From positions 1 to 36,805 of the forward strand of contig DATCFH010000206.1 of NCBI GenBank assembly GCA_036509625.1: DNA of 36,805 nt, in the 5' to 3' direction. Below, one piece after another: positions 23,505 through 32,048 of this stretch; position 1 is the stretch's first letter; every line of letters starts with the position of its first letter. Below the pieces are notes generated by a model. That model was given only the letters and a program-made list of their open reading frames with translations. It made no database searches and was not told where the DNA came from. A program made the position numbers and the translations under genes. Origin of the DNA: Verrucomicrobiia bacterium. GTDB lineage: Bacteria; Verrucomicrobiota; Verrucomicrobiia; Limisphaerales; UBA11358.

Positions 23505-25489
23505 ATAGTGTCACCACCCGCGAACGACAGCGCCTCGTCCAGCCGCAAATCGGAACGCACCACGTCTTTGCGTTGCTTGAATGCCAGTGCCTGCGCCTTG
23601 CGCTGGGCAAAGTTAAAAGCCCACTTCGCAATTTTTTCTTTGCCCGGCAAATTACTTTTGACCACGACTTTTTGAACTGGTTTCGGCAGGTATTTGCAAA
23701 TCAACTCGTCCTCAAAACTCACGAATGCCTGCGCGCTGCCGGGATCGCCTTGCCGACCGGCGCGACCAAATAATTGCCGATCCACACGACCAGATTCGTG
23801 CAACTCCGTCGCGATGACGTGCAAGCCGCCCAACGCGACCATGTCTTGACCCAGCTTGATGTCCGTGCCGCGACCGGCCATGTTCGTCGCGATAATAATT
23901 CGTCCTTTTTCGCCGGCGAGTGAAATAAGTTCCGCCTCTTCCTTCAATCGCGTCGCGTTCAAAATTTTTGCTTCCAGCCCGCGCTCGCTCAGCCATTGCC
24001 ACAACCGTTCGCTCGCCAAAACGCTGCGCGTGCCGACGAGCAGCGGTCTTCCCGTCGCGTGCATTTTTTCAATCTCGGCAATGATTGCGCGCCATTTACC
24101 TTTTTCGTCCGCAAAAAATTGATCCGGCAATTGCTTGCGGACGCACGGCTTGTTCGGCGGAATCGCCACCGTCGGCAAACCATAAACCTGCCACAATTCG
24201 CCCGCCGCTTCGCGCGCCGTGCCGGTCATGCCGGACAACTTGTGAAAGCATTTGAAAAATCTTTGGAAACTTAAACGCGCAATTGTTTCCGTCGGATCGG
24301 AAATCGTCAGACCTTCTTTCGCCTCGACGGCCTGGTGCATGCCCGCGCGCCACGAACGTTGCGGCATCGGGCGTCCGGTAAATTCATCCACGATGACAAT
24401 CTTGTCGCCTTCGATGATGTATTGCTGGTTGCGATGAAAAAATTCGCGCGCGACCAACGCTTGAATGACCAATTCCAATCGCCGGTCTTGCCCTTGCCAC
24501 AAGCCGGGCAGATGTGCGGCTTGCGCGACCATTTTTTTCAGACCATCTTTCGTCAGCTCGATTTCCTTGTAGCGCGGATTGGTGTGATAATCAATTTCCG
24601 GCTTCAAGACGGAAATCATTTCCTGCGCGAGTTCGGCGGCGTTGCGGAGCGATTCATTTTTGTGGCTGGCGGAAATTATCAGCGGCGTCACCGCTTCATC
24701 AATCAAAATGCTGTCCGCCTCATCCACAATGGCCGTGTGCAAACCGCGCAAAACCATGCCGTCTTGAACTTCCAGTTGCGGCGCAAGCATCCGGCGAATC
24801 AGGCGGCGTGTTGGATTTTGCATTTTTCCCAGATGCAAACGGTCACGCAAAAAGTCCGCGAGCAGTTCTTTGCTCGTGACGTAAGTAATATCGCAATTGT
24901 AATTTTTTACACGTTCGGTTGGATTGCTCGAACCTGTGACAAAACCAACGCGCACGCCGCAAAAATGGTAGAGCGGCTCCAGCCGTTCCGCGTCGCGCTG
25001 AACCAAATAATCATTCACCGTCACGATGTGGCACGGATGTTTGGTCCAACCCGCAAGAACGGCTGCGAGTCCCGCCGTCAAAGTTTTGCCTTCGCCCGTC
25101 GCCATTTCCGCGAGGTGTCCGCGATGCAACGCCAGCACGCCCACGAGCTGAACCGGAAACGGCCGCAAGCCAAGTTTGCGATCCGCCGCTTCGCGAATCG
25201 CCGCGAGCGCGGGCAGCAGAAATTTTTCCGCCACTTTTCCGCCGCGCCGGAAATGTTCGCGAAATTCCAGCAGCCGTTTTTGCAACTGCGCGTCGGAAAG
25301 TTCAACCCATTCGCGTTCCTGTAAAACGATTTTATCCGCGTCTTGCTTGAGCGATTCGAGGATTTTTTTGCGGCGACGAAACTTGCCGATGCCACTGTTC
25401 ACGAGCGCATCAAGGCCGGCGAGCGGGCGCGGTGGCACGCGATAATCGCTGCGCCGGTAGTCTTGCGTGGGAATCGCAATCATGGGCAT
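23501..25489 (-). CDS. SecA-family ATPase paralog, C-terminally truncated (662 aa)
   Basis: SecA motor motifs are present: [38 protein letters not shown], a PPXD-like segment [28 protein letters not shown], then [26 protein letters not shown] and [31 protein letters not shown]. The protein ends about 90 aa after the last motor motif. Confidence 0.85.
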   Translation of the reverse strand: MPMIAIPTQDYRRSDYRVPPRPLAGLDALVNSGIGKFRRRKKILESLKQDADKIVLQEREWVELSDAQLQKRLLEFREHFRRGGKVAEKFLLPALAAIREAADRKLGLRPFPVQLVGVLALHRGHLAEMATGEGKTLTAGLAAVLAGWTKHPCHIVTVNDYLVQRDAERLEPLYHFCGVRVGFVTGSSNPTERVKNYNCDITYVTSKELLADFLRDRLHLGKMQNPTRRLIRRMLAPQLEVQDGMVLRGLHTAIVDEADSILIDEAVTPLIISASHKNESLRNAAELAQEMISVLKPEIDYHTNPRYKEIELTKDGLKKMVAQAAHLPGLWQGQDRRLELVIQALVAREFFHRNQQYIIEGDKIVIVDEFTGRPMPQRSWRAGMHQAVEAKEGLTISDPTETIARLSFQRFFKCFHKLSGMTGTAREAAGELWQVYGLPTVAIPPNKPCVRKQLPDQFFADEKGKWRAIIAEIEKMHATGRPLLVGTRSVLASERLWQWLSERGLEAKILNATRLKEEAELISLAGEKGRIIIATNMAGRGTDIKLGQDMVALGGLHVIATELHESGRVDRQLFGRAGRQGDPGSAQAFVSFEDELICKYLPKPVQKVVVKSNLPGKEKIAKWAFNFAQRKAQALAFKQRKDVVRSDLRLDEALSFAGGDTI

Positions 25490-27640
25490 TCAAATCTGAT
25501 AGCGCTTCTGGAGCAGTTGCCAGAGGCTGCGCGTCCAGCGCGGCAACAGCGGCTGCGGCTCCAGTTTGAAACTGATTTTTCCCGAACGACCGTCGAGCAG
25601 CGCGACGCCAGCCTGCGAATTCAAATCACCCAGCACTTCAAAAAACGGTTCGGCGGATTTGTTGCCCTGCGAATTTTCGTCCAGTGCCACCGGCACTTCG
25701 CCGCCCGCGCTCCAGCCGAGTGCCGCCGACGGCAAAATGTGTTGTCCGCCGGGAATCACGCGCCAATGCGCGACGGGCATTTTTTCTCCAGCCGTGCCGT
25801 AAAGCCGCACGTTCGCGCCGTAAATTTTTTTGGCGAACAGCGCGTTCACATCTTCTTCTCGCACCGTCGCGGCAAATTCAAATGCAGCGGGATTCGCGAG
25901 CAAACCCAAATCCGAACCGCGCGGCAGCCAGCGGCCAACGTAATCTTCAATGCCGGGCGCGACCCAAACGCCATCGTGCCGCGCGCGGACGGTCAAATTT
26001 TTCGAATCTTGCGTGAGTTTTTTTAACTCGTCGCTGACGGAATCGCGCAAGCTGGTCAGCGGCGTGATGTCGGCGGAATCTTTGTCCATCGCCTGCAACA
26101 AACGCGCATTTACTTCACCCAAATGCGCGCGCGTATCGGCCAATTCCAAAGTCAGCTCGGAATTTTTCAATTGCAGCAACGGCTGGCCTTGCTTCACCTG
26201 ACTGCCCGATGCGACCAGCAATTCCACAACTTCGCCCGCCGTTTCGCTGGCGACTTGCGTGCGTTGCGTGGCGATAACAATGCCCGGCGCGCGGAACGAA
26301 TACGGAAACGGCACCACGGCGAGCAGCACAATCAAAACCGCCGCGATGCCCGCCGTCACCGCAATGGCGCGTGGACGCACGCGGTCGAGGCGCGGATTGG
26401 AAGAAAGATATTTTACAAAACGAATGACCGGCGCGATTGCCCATGAAATCAAACACGCGGCGGCCATCACGATGCCGATGATTAAAAACCGGTCGGCGAC
26501 GAAAAGCAAAACGCCGCTGAAAACGATGACACGATAAATTCCACTTGTGATGCCAAAAACCGTTAGCCAAGTCGCTTCGCGGCGCGTAGCGGCCTGGGTT
26601 TCGGAATTTTTTACGCCGAACAAATGACGTTCACAGAGATGCCGCAGTTGCGTCGTGGCGCGCTGGTTGAGATTTGGAATTTCCAGCAGGTCGGACAAAA
26701 TATAATAGCCGTCGAAGCGCAGCAGCGGATTGAGATTGAAAATCAACGTCGAGACCGACGCGACGAACATGATGTTGTAGGCGATGCTGTGGACGACGCC
26801 CGGCGCGGTTTTCGACCAGACGAACGCGGCGATGGCGGCAAAAAATAATTCCACAATCATGCCCGCCGCGCCGACGAGCACGCGTTTCCAGCGTTCGCGA
26901 AAACTCCAACTTGAGGTCGCGTCCACATACGGCATCGGCGTAAAAACCATGAGCATCACGCCCATGACGTGAACTTCGCCGCCGAAACGCCGGCAAAAAT
27001 AGGCGTGACCGAATTCGTGCAGCGCCTTGATGCCAATCGTGCTGAGGTAGAGCAGGAATAAATTGTTCGTCGCGAGAATGCCTTCGCCTTGCACACGCAA
27101 GTCGCTGAAATTATCCACGGCAATTTTCAATCCGAAGCCGACGACGAATAGCCACAACAACGCGCCGAACGGACTGATTAGTTTTTTGACGACCGGCATT
27201 GTGCGAACGAGAAAACGATCAGGGTCGAGCAACGGAAATCGCATGAACATGATGTTCAGGAAACGAAAACCGATTTCGCGCTGCTTGCGTTTTTTGTAGC
27301 GCTCAAAAAGCTGCGCGCTATCAGCGGCCAAATCGTATTGCAGCAGATTGGAAAAATAGAGCTGCGACAAAAGTTGGATGACGGCTTCCTGACTCGGCGC
27401 GATGTCGGGAAAACGATTCAAACATTGCTGCCAAACTTCTTCGACAGTGCAATCGGGACGCAAACGCGAGACAAATTCGTAAGCCGCCGGACGCAGGCGG
27501 AAGTATTGGTTGCTGAACGGATTTTCGAGGACGATCCAGCGTTCGCCGCGAAAGTTCTGGCGGCGCACATTGATGGCCGGACGCAGGCAAATCTTTTGAT
27601 TCGCCACGCGATACCAGGATTCGCTAAAGGTTTTATCCAT
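25490..27640 (-). CDS. Fusion protein: PqqD/RRE-like N-domain, M50 site-2 metalloprotease membrane domain and HlyD-type periplasmic adaptor domain
   Basis: The M50 motifs HEFGH and NLNPLLRFDGYY sit in hydrophobic helices. The C-terminal third contains APGIVIATQRTQVASETAGEVVELLVASGSQVKQGQPLLQL plus a coiled coil, as in HlyD/MFP proteins. The N-terminal roughly 100 aa (RLRPAAYEFVSRLRPDCTVEEVWQQCLNRFPDIAPSQEAVIQLLSQLYFSNLL) resemble a PqqD-like peptide-binding domain. Confidence 0.8.
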   Translation of the reverse strand: MDKTFSESWYRVANQKICLRPAINVRRQNFRGERWIVLENPFSNQYFRLRPAAYEFVSRLRPDCTVEEVWQQCLNRFPDIAPSQEAVIQLLSQLYFSNLLQYDLAADSAQLFERYKKRKQREIGFRFLNIMFMRFPLLDPDRFLVRTMPVVKKLISPFGALLWLFVVGFGLKIAVDNFSDLRVQGEGILATNNLFLLYLSTIGIKALHEFGHAYFCRRFGGEVHVMGVMLMVFTPMPYVDATSSWSFRERWKRVLVGAAGMIVELFFAAIAAFVWSKTAPGVVHSIAYNIMFVASVSTLIFNLNPLLRFDGYYILSDLLEIPNLNQRATTQLRHLCERHLFGVKNSETQAATRREATWLTVFGITSGIYRVIVFSGVLLFVADRFLIIGIVMAAACLISWAIAPVIRFVKYLSSNPRLDRVRPRAIAVTAGIAAVLIVLLAVVPFPYSFRAPGIVIATQRTQVASETAGEVVELLVASGSQVKQGQPLLQLKNSELTLELADTRAHLGEVNARLLQAMDKDSADITPLTSLRDSVSDELKKLTQDSKNLTVRARHDGVWVAPGIEDYVGRWLPRGSDLGLLANPAAFEFAATVREEDVNALFAKKIYGANVRLYGTAGEKMPVAHWRVIPGGQHILPSAALGWSAGGEVPVALDENSQGNKSAEPFFEVLGDLNSQAGVALLDGRSGKISFKLEPQPLLPRWTRSLWQLLQKRYQI

Positions 27641-27641
27641 T

Positions 27642-29495
27642 TCACCACCAAAGTTTCATGCGCAGAAAATCCACCGTGCGATGCGTGAGAATCCAGAACA
27701 GCGTGCGTTTCTCCGTGGAAATTTTGCACAGGCCGGTCATGCCGGGACGCCACCATTGCACCGCGCCGTTGTCGGGTTTCAAGCGCACGATGAAAACGTT
27801 GCCGTCTTTTTTGGTGACGGCGGCGGGCTGGACGATTTGCAACGTGACGGGATATTTTATTTTTGGCTGCGTGACGAAAGCGATTTCGCCTTTCGATTTT
27901 CCAAGAATTTCCTGCACGTCGCGCTCGTTGATTTCGGCCTCGACATAAAGCGTGTCAATGCGCGCGACTTTGAAAAGTGCGTCGCCCTGCTTGACCGGCG
28001 ACGCAATGCGTTCACGCAAATCGCCTTCGACAACCACGCCGTCGAAAGTGGCTTTGATGACCGCGTCGTCGAGCCGATAGCGCACGAGATCGAGCCGCGC
28101 CTGTGCCTGCTGCGCCTGCGCGTTGGCAATGCTCATGTCGGCGATGCTGTTGGCGGCGCGCGCTTTTTCCGCCTCGCGCTGATAGCGCACGACATCCGCG
28201 AGCGCGCCCGATTGGTCGAGCAAAAGTTCACTGCGATTCAAACTCACGAGCGGCTGACTTTTGGCAACGTGATCGCCAGCGCGAACAAAAACTTGATCAA
28301 TGTATCCGTCGAACGGCGCGGTCAAATACTCGGCTTCGTCGCTGCGTAAAATGAAATTGCCCTCGACGCGATAATTCACGCGCACGAGAAACAGCGCGAT
28401 CAAAACGACCGCGAGAAAAATTGCGGTGACTTTGCTCCAAGTGTGTTCCGGCCCAAGCCAGCGGGAAAAATACTCGCGCGTGTGCGCCGCCCAGCGCGCG
28501 CCAAACCAGCGGTCGTAATTTTTCAATTCGCTCAAACGGCGCACGACTTGATCGCAGCACAAACGGATTTGTTGAAGTTCAACGGCGGTGAAATTTACGT
28601 CTTGCCGTTCGCACGTCAGCACGCCAACCACTTTGCCGTCGAGGCGCAAAGGAACGGAACAGATGTTGCCGGACTTTTGTTCGGCGGAAAATTTTTCGTG
28701 GTCGCGCGCGACCGTCGTGACGCCTTCTGGCGACGGAAAAAGAATTTCTTCGTCTTGATCCACGCATTCTTCCATCGCAACTTCGAGCGCCTGCGCGGCG
28801 GCCATCTGGCGATTGAACTGCTCGGTGCGGCTCATCGCGCGCAATTTGATGTAGCCGCCTTCGAGCCAGCCGAGGCTTGCGCGATCGCAGCGAAAGCGTG
28901 TGGCGACGCCGTTGCAAAACGCGAGCGCAGCGGAAAGAAATTTGGTCGCGTCGTTCACCGGCACGTTCAAATCCAAAACGGCGGCAAATTTTTCCACGTC
29001 GTTGCGCGATTTTTGCGCGAGCAGATTTTGTTGAAATGCCGTCGGCACATCGGCGACGAGACGCAAACGCGCGAGCGCCTCGTTCGCGGCGGATGCGGTA
29101 AAGTCCTTTAACTGCGCGGCGAAAATGACTTCATCCTCGGCGCGGGAAAGTTTCAAACGCACGGCGATGGTGAAACTGCCGCTGGCCATGTCGGTTTGCT
29201 CAACGAAACTGCCGCTGCTCAAACCGCGTTCGGCGATGGCTTCGAGTTGCGAGGTAAATTGCGTGCGCACACGCGACAAACCGGAGCCGGAATCCCATTC
29301 GCCAATTTTCGCCCAACGTGGCGTTTTGCCAGGATTGCCGAGCAGTAAAACGGCGATGTCCGCCGAAACTAACTTGGCGGCGGCGGCTAAAAAAGTCGGC
29401 CAAAAATTTTTCGGTTCTCCGGAAAACTGGCGCAGCGCGGCGAGTTCGTCCAGCGCGCGGGAAAATTCAGCGTTATTGCCGCCATTGGTTTCCAT
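27642..29495 (-). CDS. Cytoplasmic tandem GAF-like domains, one TM helix and a HlyD-family periplasmic adaptor domain
   Basis: GAF-like endings appear in ICSVPLRLDGKVVGVLTCERQDVNFTAVELQQIRLCCDQVV and in an earlier weaker copy. The TM helix is VTAIFLAVVLIALFLV. The HlyD signature is APFDGYIDQVFVRAGDHVAKSQPLVSL, followed by a coiled coil, IKATFDGVVVEGD and a beta-barrel end. Confidence 0.7.
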   Translation of the reverse strand: METNGGNNAEFSRALDELAALRQFSGEPKNFWPTFLAAAAKLVSADIAVLLLGNPGKTPRWAKIGEWDSGSGLSRVRTQFTSQLEAIAERGLSSGSFVEQTDMASGSFTIAVRLKLSRAEDEVIFAAQLKDFTASAANEALARLRLVADVPTAFQQNLLAQKSRNDVEKFAAVLDLNVPVNDATKFLSAALAFCNGVATRFRCDRASLGWLEGGYIKLRAMSRTEQFNRQMAAAQALEVAMEECVDQDEEILFPSPEGVTTVARDHEKFSAEQKSGNICSVPLRLDGKVVGVLTCERQDVNFTAVELQQIRLCCDQVVRRLSELKNYDRWFGARWAAHTREYFSRWLGPEHTWSKVTAIFLAVVLIALFLVRVNYRVEGNFILRSDEAEYLTAPFDGYIDQVFVRAGDHVAKSQPLVSLNRSELLLDQSGALADVVRYQREAEKARAANSIADMSIANAQAQQAQARLDLVRYRLDDAVIKATFDGVVVEGDLRERIASPVKQGDALFKVARIDTLYVEAEINERDVQEILGKSKGEIAFVTQPKIKYPVTLQIVQPAAVTKKDGNVFIVRLKPDNGAVQWWRPGMTGLCKISTEKRTLFWILTHRTVDFLRMKLWW

Positions 29496-29500
29496 AAAAA

Positions 29501-30226
29501 TTATTCCGTGGTGAGTTGCGCGGAAAGGCCGGGACGAATCTGGTCGGCGGCGTTGTCAAAAATGGCCTTCACTTTCGCGAGGCCGCTCGCGGCGTCCACG
29601 GTCGGCGAGATAAAACAGATTTTTCCGGGAATGATTACGCCGCCATCCACATGGATTTGCACCGCCTCGTCGAGTTGCAAATTGGAAGCGGCTTTGCCTT
29701 CGATGTGGCCGGTGAAATAGCAGCGCGAGGTGTCCACGAGGCGAACAAGCGGTTGATACGGCGCGACGGCGGCGCCGGGTTTGAGCAAGATTTCCGTGAT
29801 GCGCCCGGCAAACGGCGCGATGAGCTGGCGGTTGGCGAGTTGCTGGGCGGCGATACTGTAATCGGCGGCGGCGACATTGTATTCAGCCTCGGCTTTCTGC
29901 ATTTCTTCCTGACTTACGGATTTGGTGGTTTCGATAAGCTGGCGCGTGGAATCAAAAACCATTTTGTTTTGTTCCATCACGGATTTACGGCGCGCGACCT
30001 CGAATGTCTCCAGTTTATTGTCCAACTCCAAAATGGCGTCGCCTTTTTTAACGGCGTCGCCTTCCTTAAAATACTGGTCGCTGATGATGCCGGCGTCGGC
30101 GAGGCCGAGCGTCACGTCCATGAACGGCTCGGTAATGCCGCTGATGGTCACGGGAGCGGCGGCGCGCGCGATGGCAGAAAAATGAATGGCCGCCGCCAGC
30201 ATTAAAATTGGAATGAACTTAAACAT
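29501..30226 (-). CDS. Small secreted periplasmic adaptor (membrane-fusion-protein family, lipoyl plus short hairpin)
   Basis: Signal peptide MFKFIPILMLAAAIHFSAIARAAA. The sequence GIISDQYFKEGDAVKKGDAILELD is followed by a short coiled coil, LIAPFAGRITEILLKPGAAV, and the C-terminal LAKVKAIFDN...IRPGLSAQL. Confidence 0.7.
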   Translation of the reverse strand: MFKFIPILMLAAAIHFSAIARAAAPVTISGITEPFMDVTLGLADAGIISDQYFKEGDAVKKGDAILELDNKLETFEVARRKSVMEQNKMVFDSTRQLIETTKSVSQEEMQKAEAEYNVAAADYSIAAQQLANRQLIAPFAGRITEILLKPGAAVAPYQPLVRLVDTSRCYFTGHIEGKAASNLQLDEAVQIHVDGGVIIPGKICFISPTVDAASGLAKVKAIFDNAADQIRPGLSAQLTTE

Positions 30227-30237
30227 GATTTGGTAAA

Positions 30238-31995
30238 TTAATTGGCGCTGGGGCTGCTCAAAGCGGCGGCGCTGACTCCGTGCAACATCGCGGTGGTCTG
30301 GCGTCTCAACTCTTCGCGCGTGATGTCGAGGTTATGATTTTTCAGAATCGAGCCGACGGTGACTTCGACTTGCAGCAACGAGCGTTGGTATTGCGTGAGC
30401 GCGTTGGCGAGTTCCTGCCGCGCGTCGAGCAAATCGGCTTCGACTTCCAAAACCTTGTGACCGTCCACACGTCCGGCTTTGAGCCGTTCGAGTTGTGTCT
30501 TGAGCAATTCCTCGTTGAAGTGGACGACGGTTTGATAGCTCTGGATGCTTTGTTCCCACGCCTCGGCCTTTTCAATGGAAGTATTGAGACCATTGGCGAT
30601 TTCTGTCTGCACACCTTTCAAGCGGATGTAGGCGGCGTCGAGACTGAGCTTGGAGGCTTGATACAAATTGCGTCCCTTGATGTTGCCGCCCAGCGGCACG
30701 CTTAATTCCACGCCAATCAACCACGAAGGATACGTCTGCTGCTGCGCCATGTTCCACGAACTGTCCGTGGTGAGGCCGAGGCCGTTGAAACCGTAGGCGG
30801 TCTTAAAATCCAGATTCGGCAGCAATTGATTTTTCGCCACGCCGAGCCGCACGCGCTCTTCATCCAATTTTTTTTGCTGAATCAAATAATCGGGATTCAA
30901 GTCAAACGCTTCCTGATAATTGTCCGCGTAGGAAATGGCCGGACTGGTTTCGCGCGGCGTGTCGGTCACGCGAAAAACCGGCTCGCTCGGGCCAGCCAGA
31001 TGCTGGGGAATACTGGTGTCCAAACGCACCTGCTGGTTGCCAAGCGGATCGTAATAATGCCGGAGCGGCGTCGGATTGCCGAGCAACACCCGCAGCGCGC
31101 CCTGCGCATCATAATAACTTTGCAACGCGTCATTCCGTTTGGTGTAACGTAGCGCCAACGCCGATTGCGCCTCCAACACATCAAGCTCCGCGCCCTGGCC
31201 CGCCTTCAATTTTTCGCGGCTGTCGTCCAAAACATTTTGCGCCACCGCCACAGACTGATCGAAGAAATGCACCTGCTCCTGCGAAAAATAAAGATTCCAA
31301 TACGCACTCTCCGCGCGAAACACCGTCACCATCAACTGCTGGCGGTATTCCTGAAAAGCGATGTCCGATTCCAGCGCGGACAGCCGGAGATTGGCCAGCG
31401 TTGGCGTCAGCCAGCCATTTTTCAAAATCGGCTGGGTGAACGTCACGCCCACAAAAGTCTGATACTGCTTGCTCCAATACCCATTCGTTGAAGTTAAAAA
31501 ACTGGCATTCGGATTCACGTTGTTAGCCAGATCGCTCAATGTGTAGCCCAGCCGGATTTTGCCGCCGGTGGGAATCAAATCCTCCACCCCAAAATCATAA
31601 ATATTATTTCGTTCGCTGAAATAACCCTGGCCATTCTGTTGCGCCTGTTGCTGGACATTGTTGGTGCGCTGGTTAGATTCGCGCGTGTAGGCCGCCTGAA
31701 ATTCCGGCTCGAAAATGCCCGCCTCGGCCTTATTTTTGTGCCGCGCGACTTCCGTCTCCAACATTTGCGCCTGCACCGATTCATTGTGCTGCATCACTTG
31801 CGCCAGATAATCGTTCAGCTTGATTCCAATGACCGGAACGTCATTCGTCGCCGCGCTGGATTTTGGCACAAACGCCAGTCCGTCCGCGCCCACGGCCAGA
31901 AATACTAAAACCCTTGCTGACAAGGAGAATAACCATTGCGTCCGCCGCTGCATAAGCTCTGCAAAAAACATTGGACGAAAGCGTAGCAGGGTCAA
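30238..31995 (-). CDS. TolC-family outer-membrane efflux/secretion duct protein
   Basis: The protein shows the two-repeat OEP architecture: LNDYLAQVMQHNESVQAQ...LPNLDFKTAYGF...KLSLDAAYIRLKGVQTEI...LQVEVTVGS. Its N-terminus is signal-like. The start may instead be an internal Met (MQRRTQWLF, about 31953). Confidence 0.8.
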   Translation of the reverse strand: MTLLRFRPMFFAELMQRRTQWLFSLSARVLVFLAVGADGLAFVPKSSAATNDVPVIGIKLNDYLAQVMQHNESVQAQMLETEVARHKNKAEAGIFEPEFQAAYTRESNQRTNNVQQQAQQNGQGYFSERNNIYDFGVEDLIPTGGKIRLGYTLSDLANNVNPNASFLTSTNGYWSKQYQTFVGVTFTQPILKNGWLTPTLANLRLSALESDIAFQEYRQQLMVTVFRAESAYWNLYFSQEQVHFFDQSVAVAQNVLDDSREKLKAGQGAELDVLEAQSALALRYTKRNDALQSYYDAQGALRVLLGNPTPLRHYYDPLGNQQVRLDTSIPQHLAGPSEPVFRVTDTPRETSPAISYADNYQEAFDLNPDYLIQQKKLDEERVRLGVAKNQLLPNLDFKTAYGFNGLGLTTDSSWNMAQQQTYPSWLIGVELSVPLGGNIKGRNLYQASKLSLDAAYIRLKGVQTEIANGLNTSIEKAEAWEQSIQSYQTVVHFNEELLKTQLERLKAGRVDGHKVLEVEADLLDARQELANALTQYQRSLLQVEVTVGSILKNHNLDITREELRRQTTAMLHGVSAAALSSPSAN

Positions 31996-32048
31996 AATTC
32001 AGGGCAATGTTTTAAGCGGGAAAATTGCGCGTGTCGCCAAAAATATTT

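Noticed and set aside
24335-25324. 329-aa plus-strand ORF opposite the SecA-like gene
   Set aside because: It is an antisense shadow ORF. The SecA motifs on the minus strand are unambiguous.
27681-29111. Two 222-aa plus-strand ORFs (27681..28349 and 28443..29111) opposite the GAF-HlyD gene
   Set aside because: They are antisense shadow ORFs without motifs.
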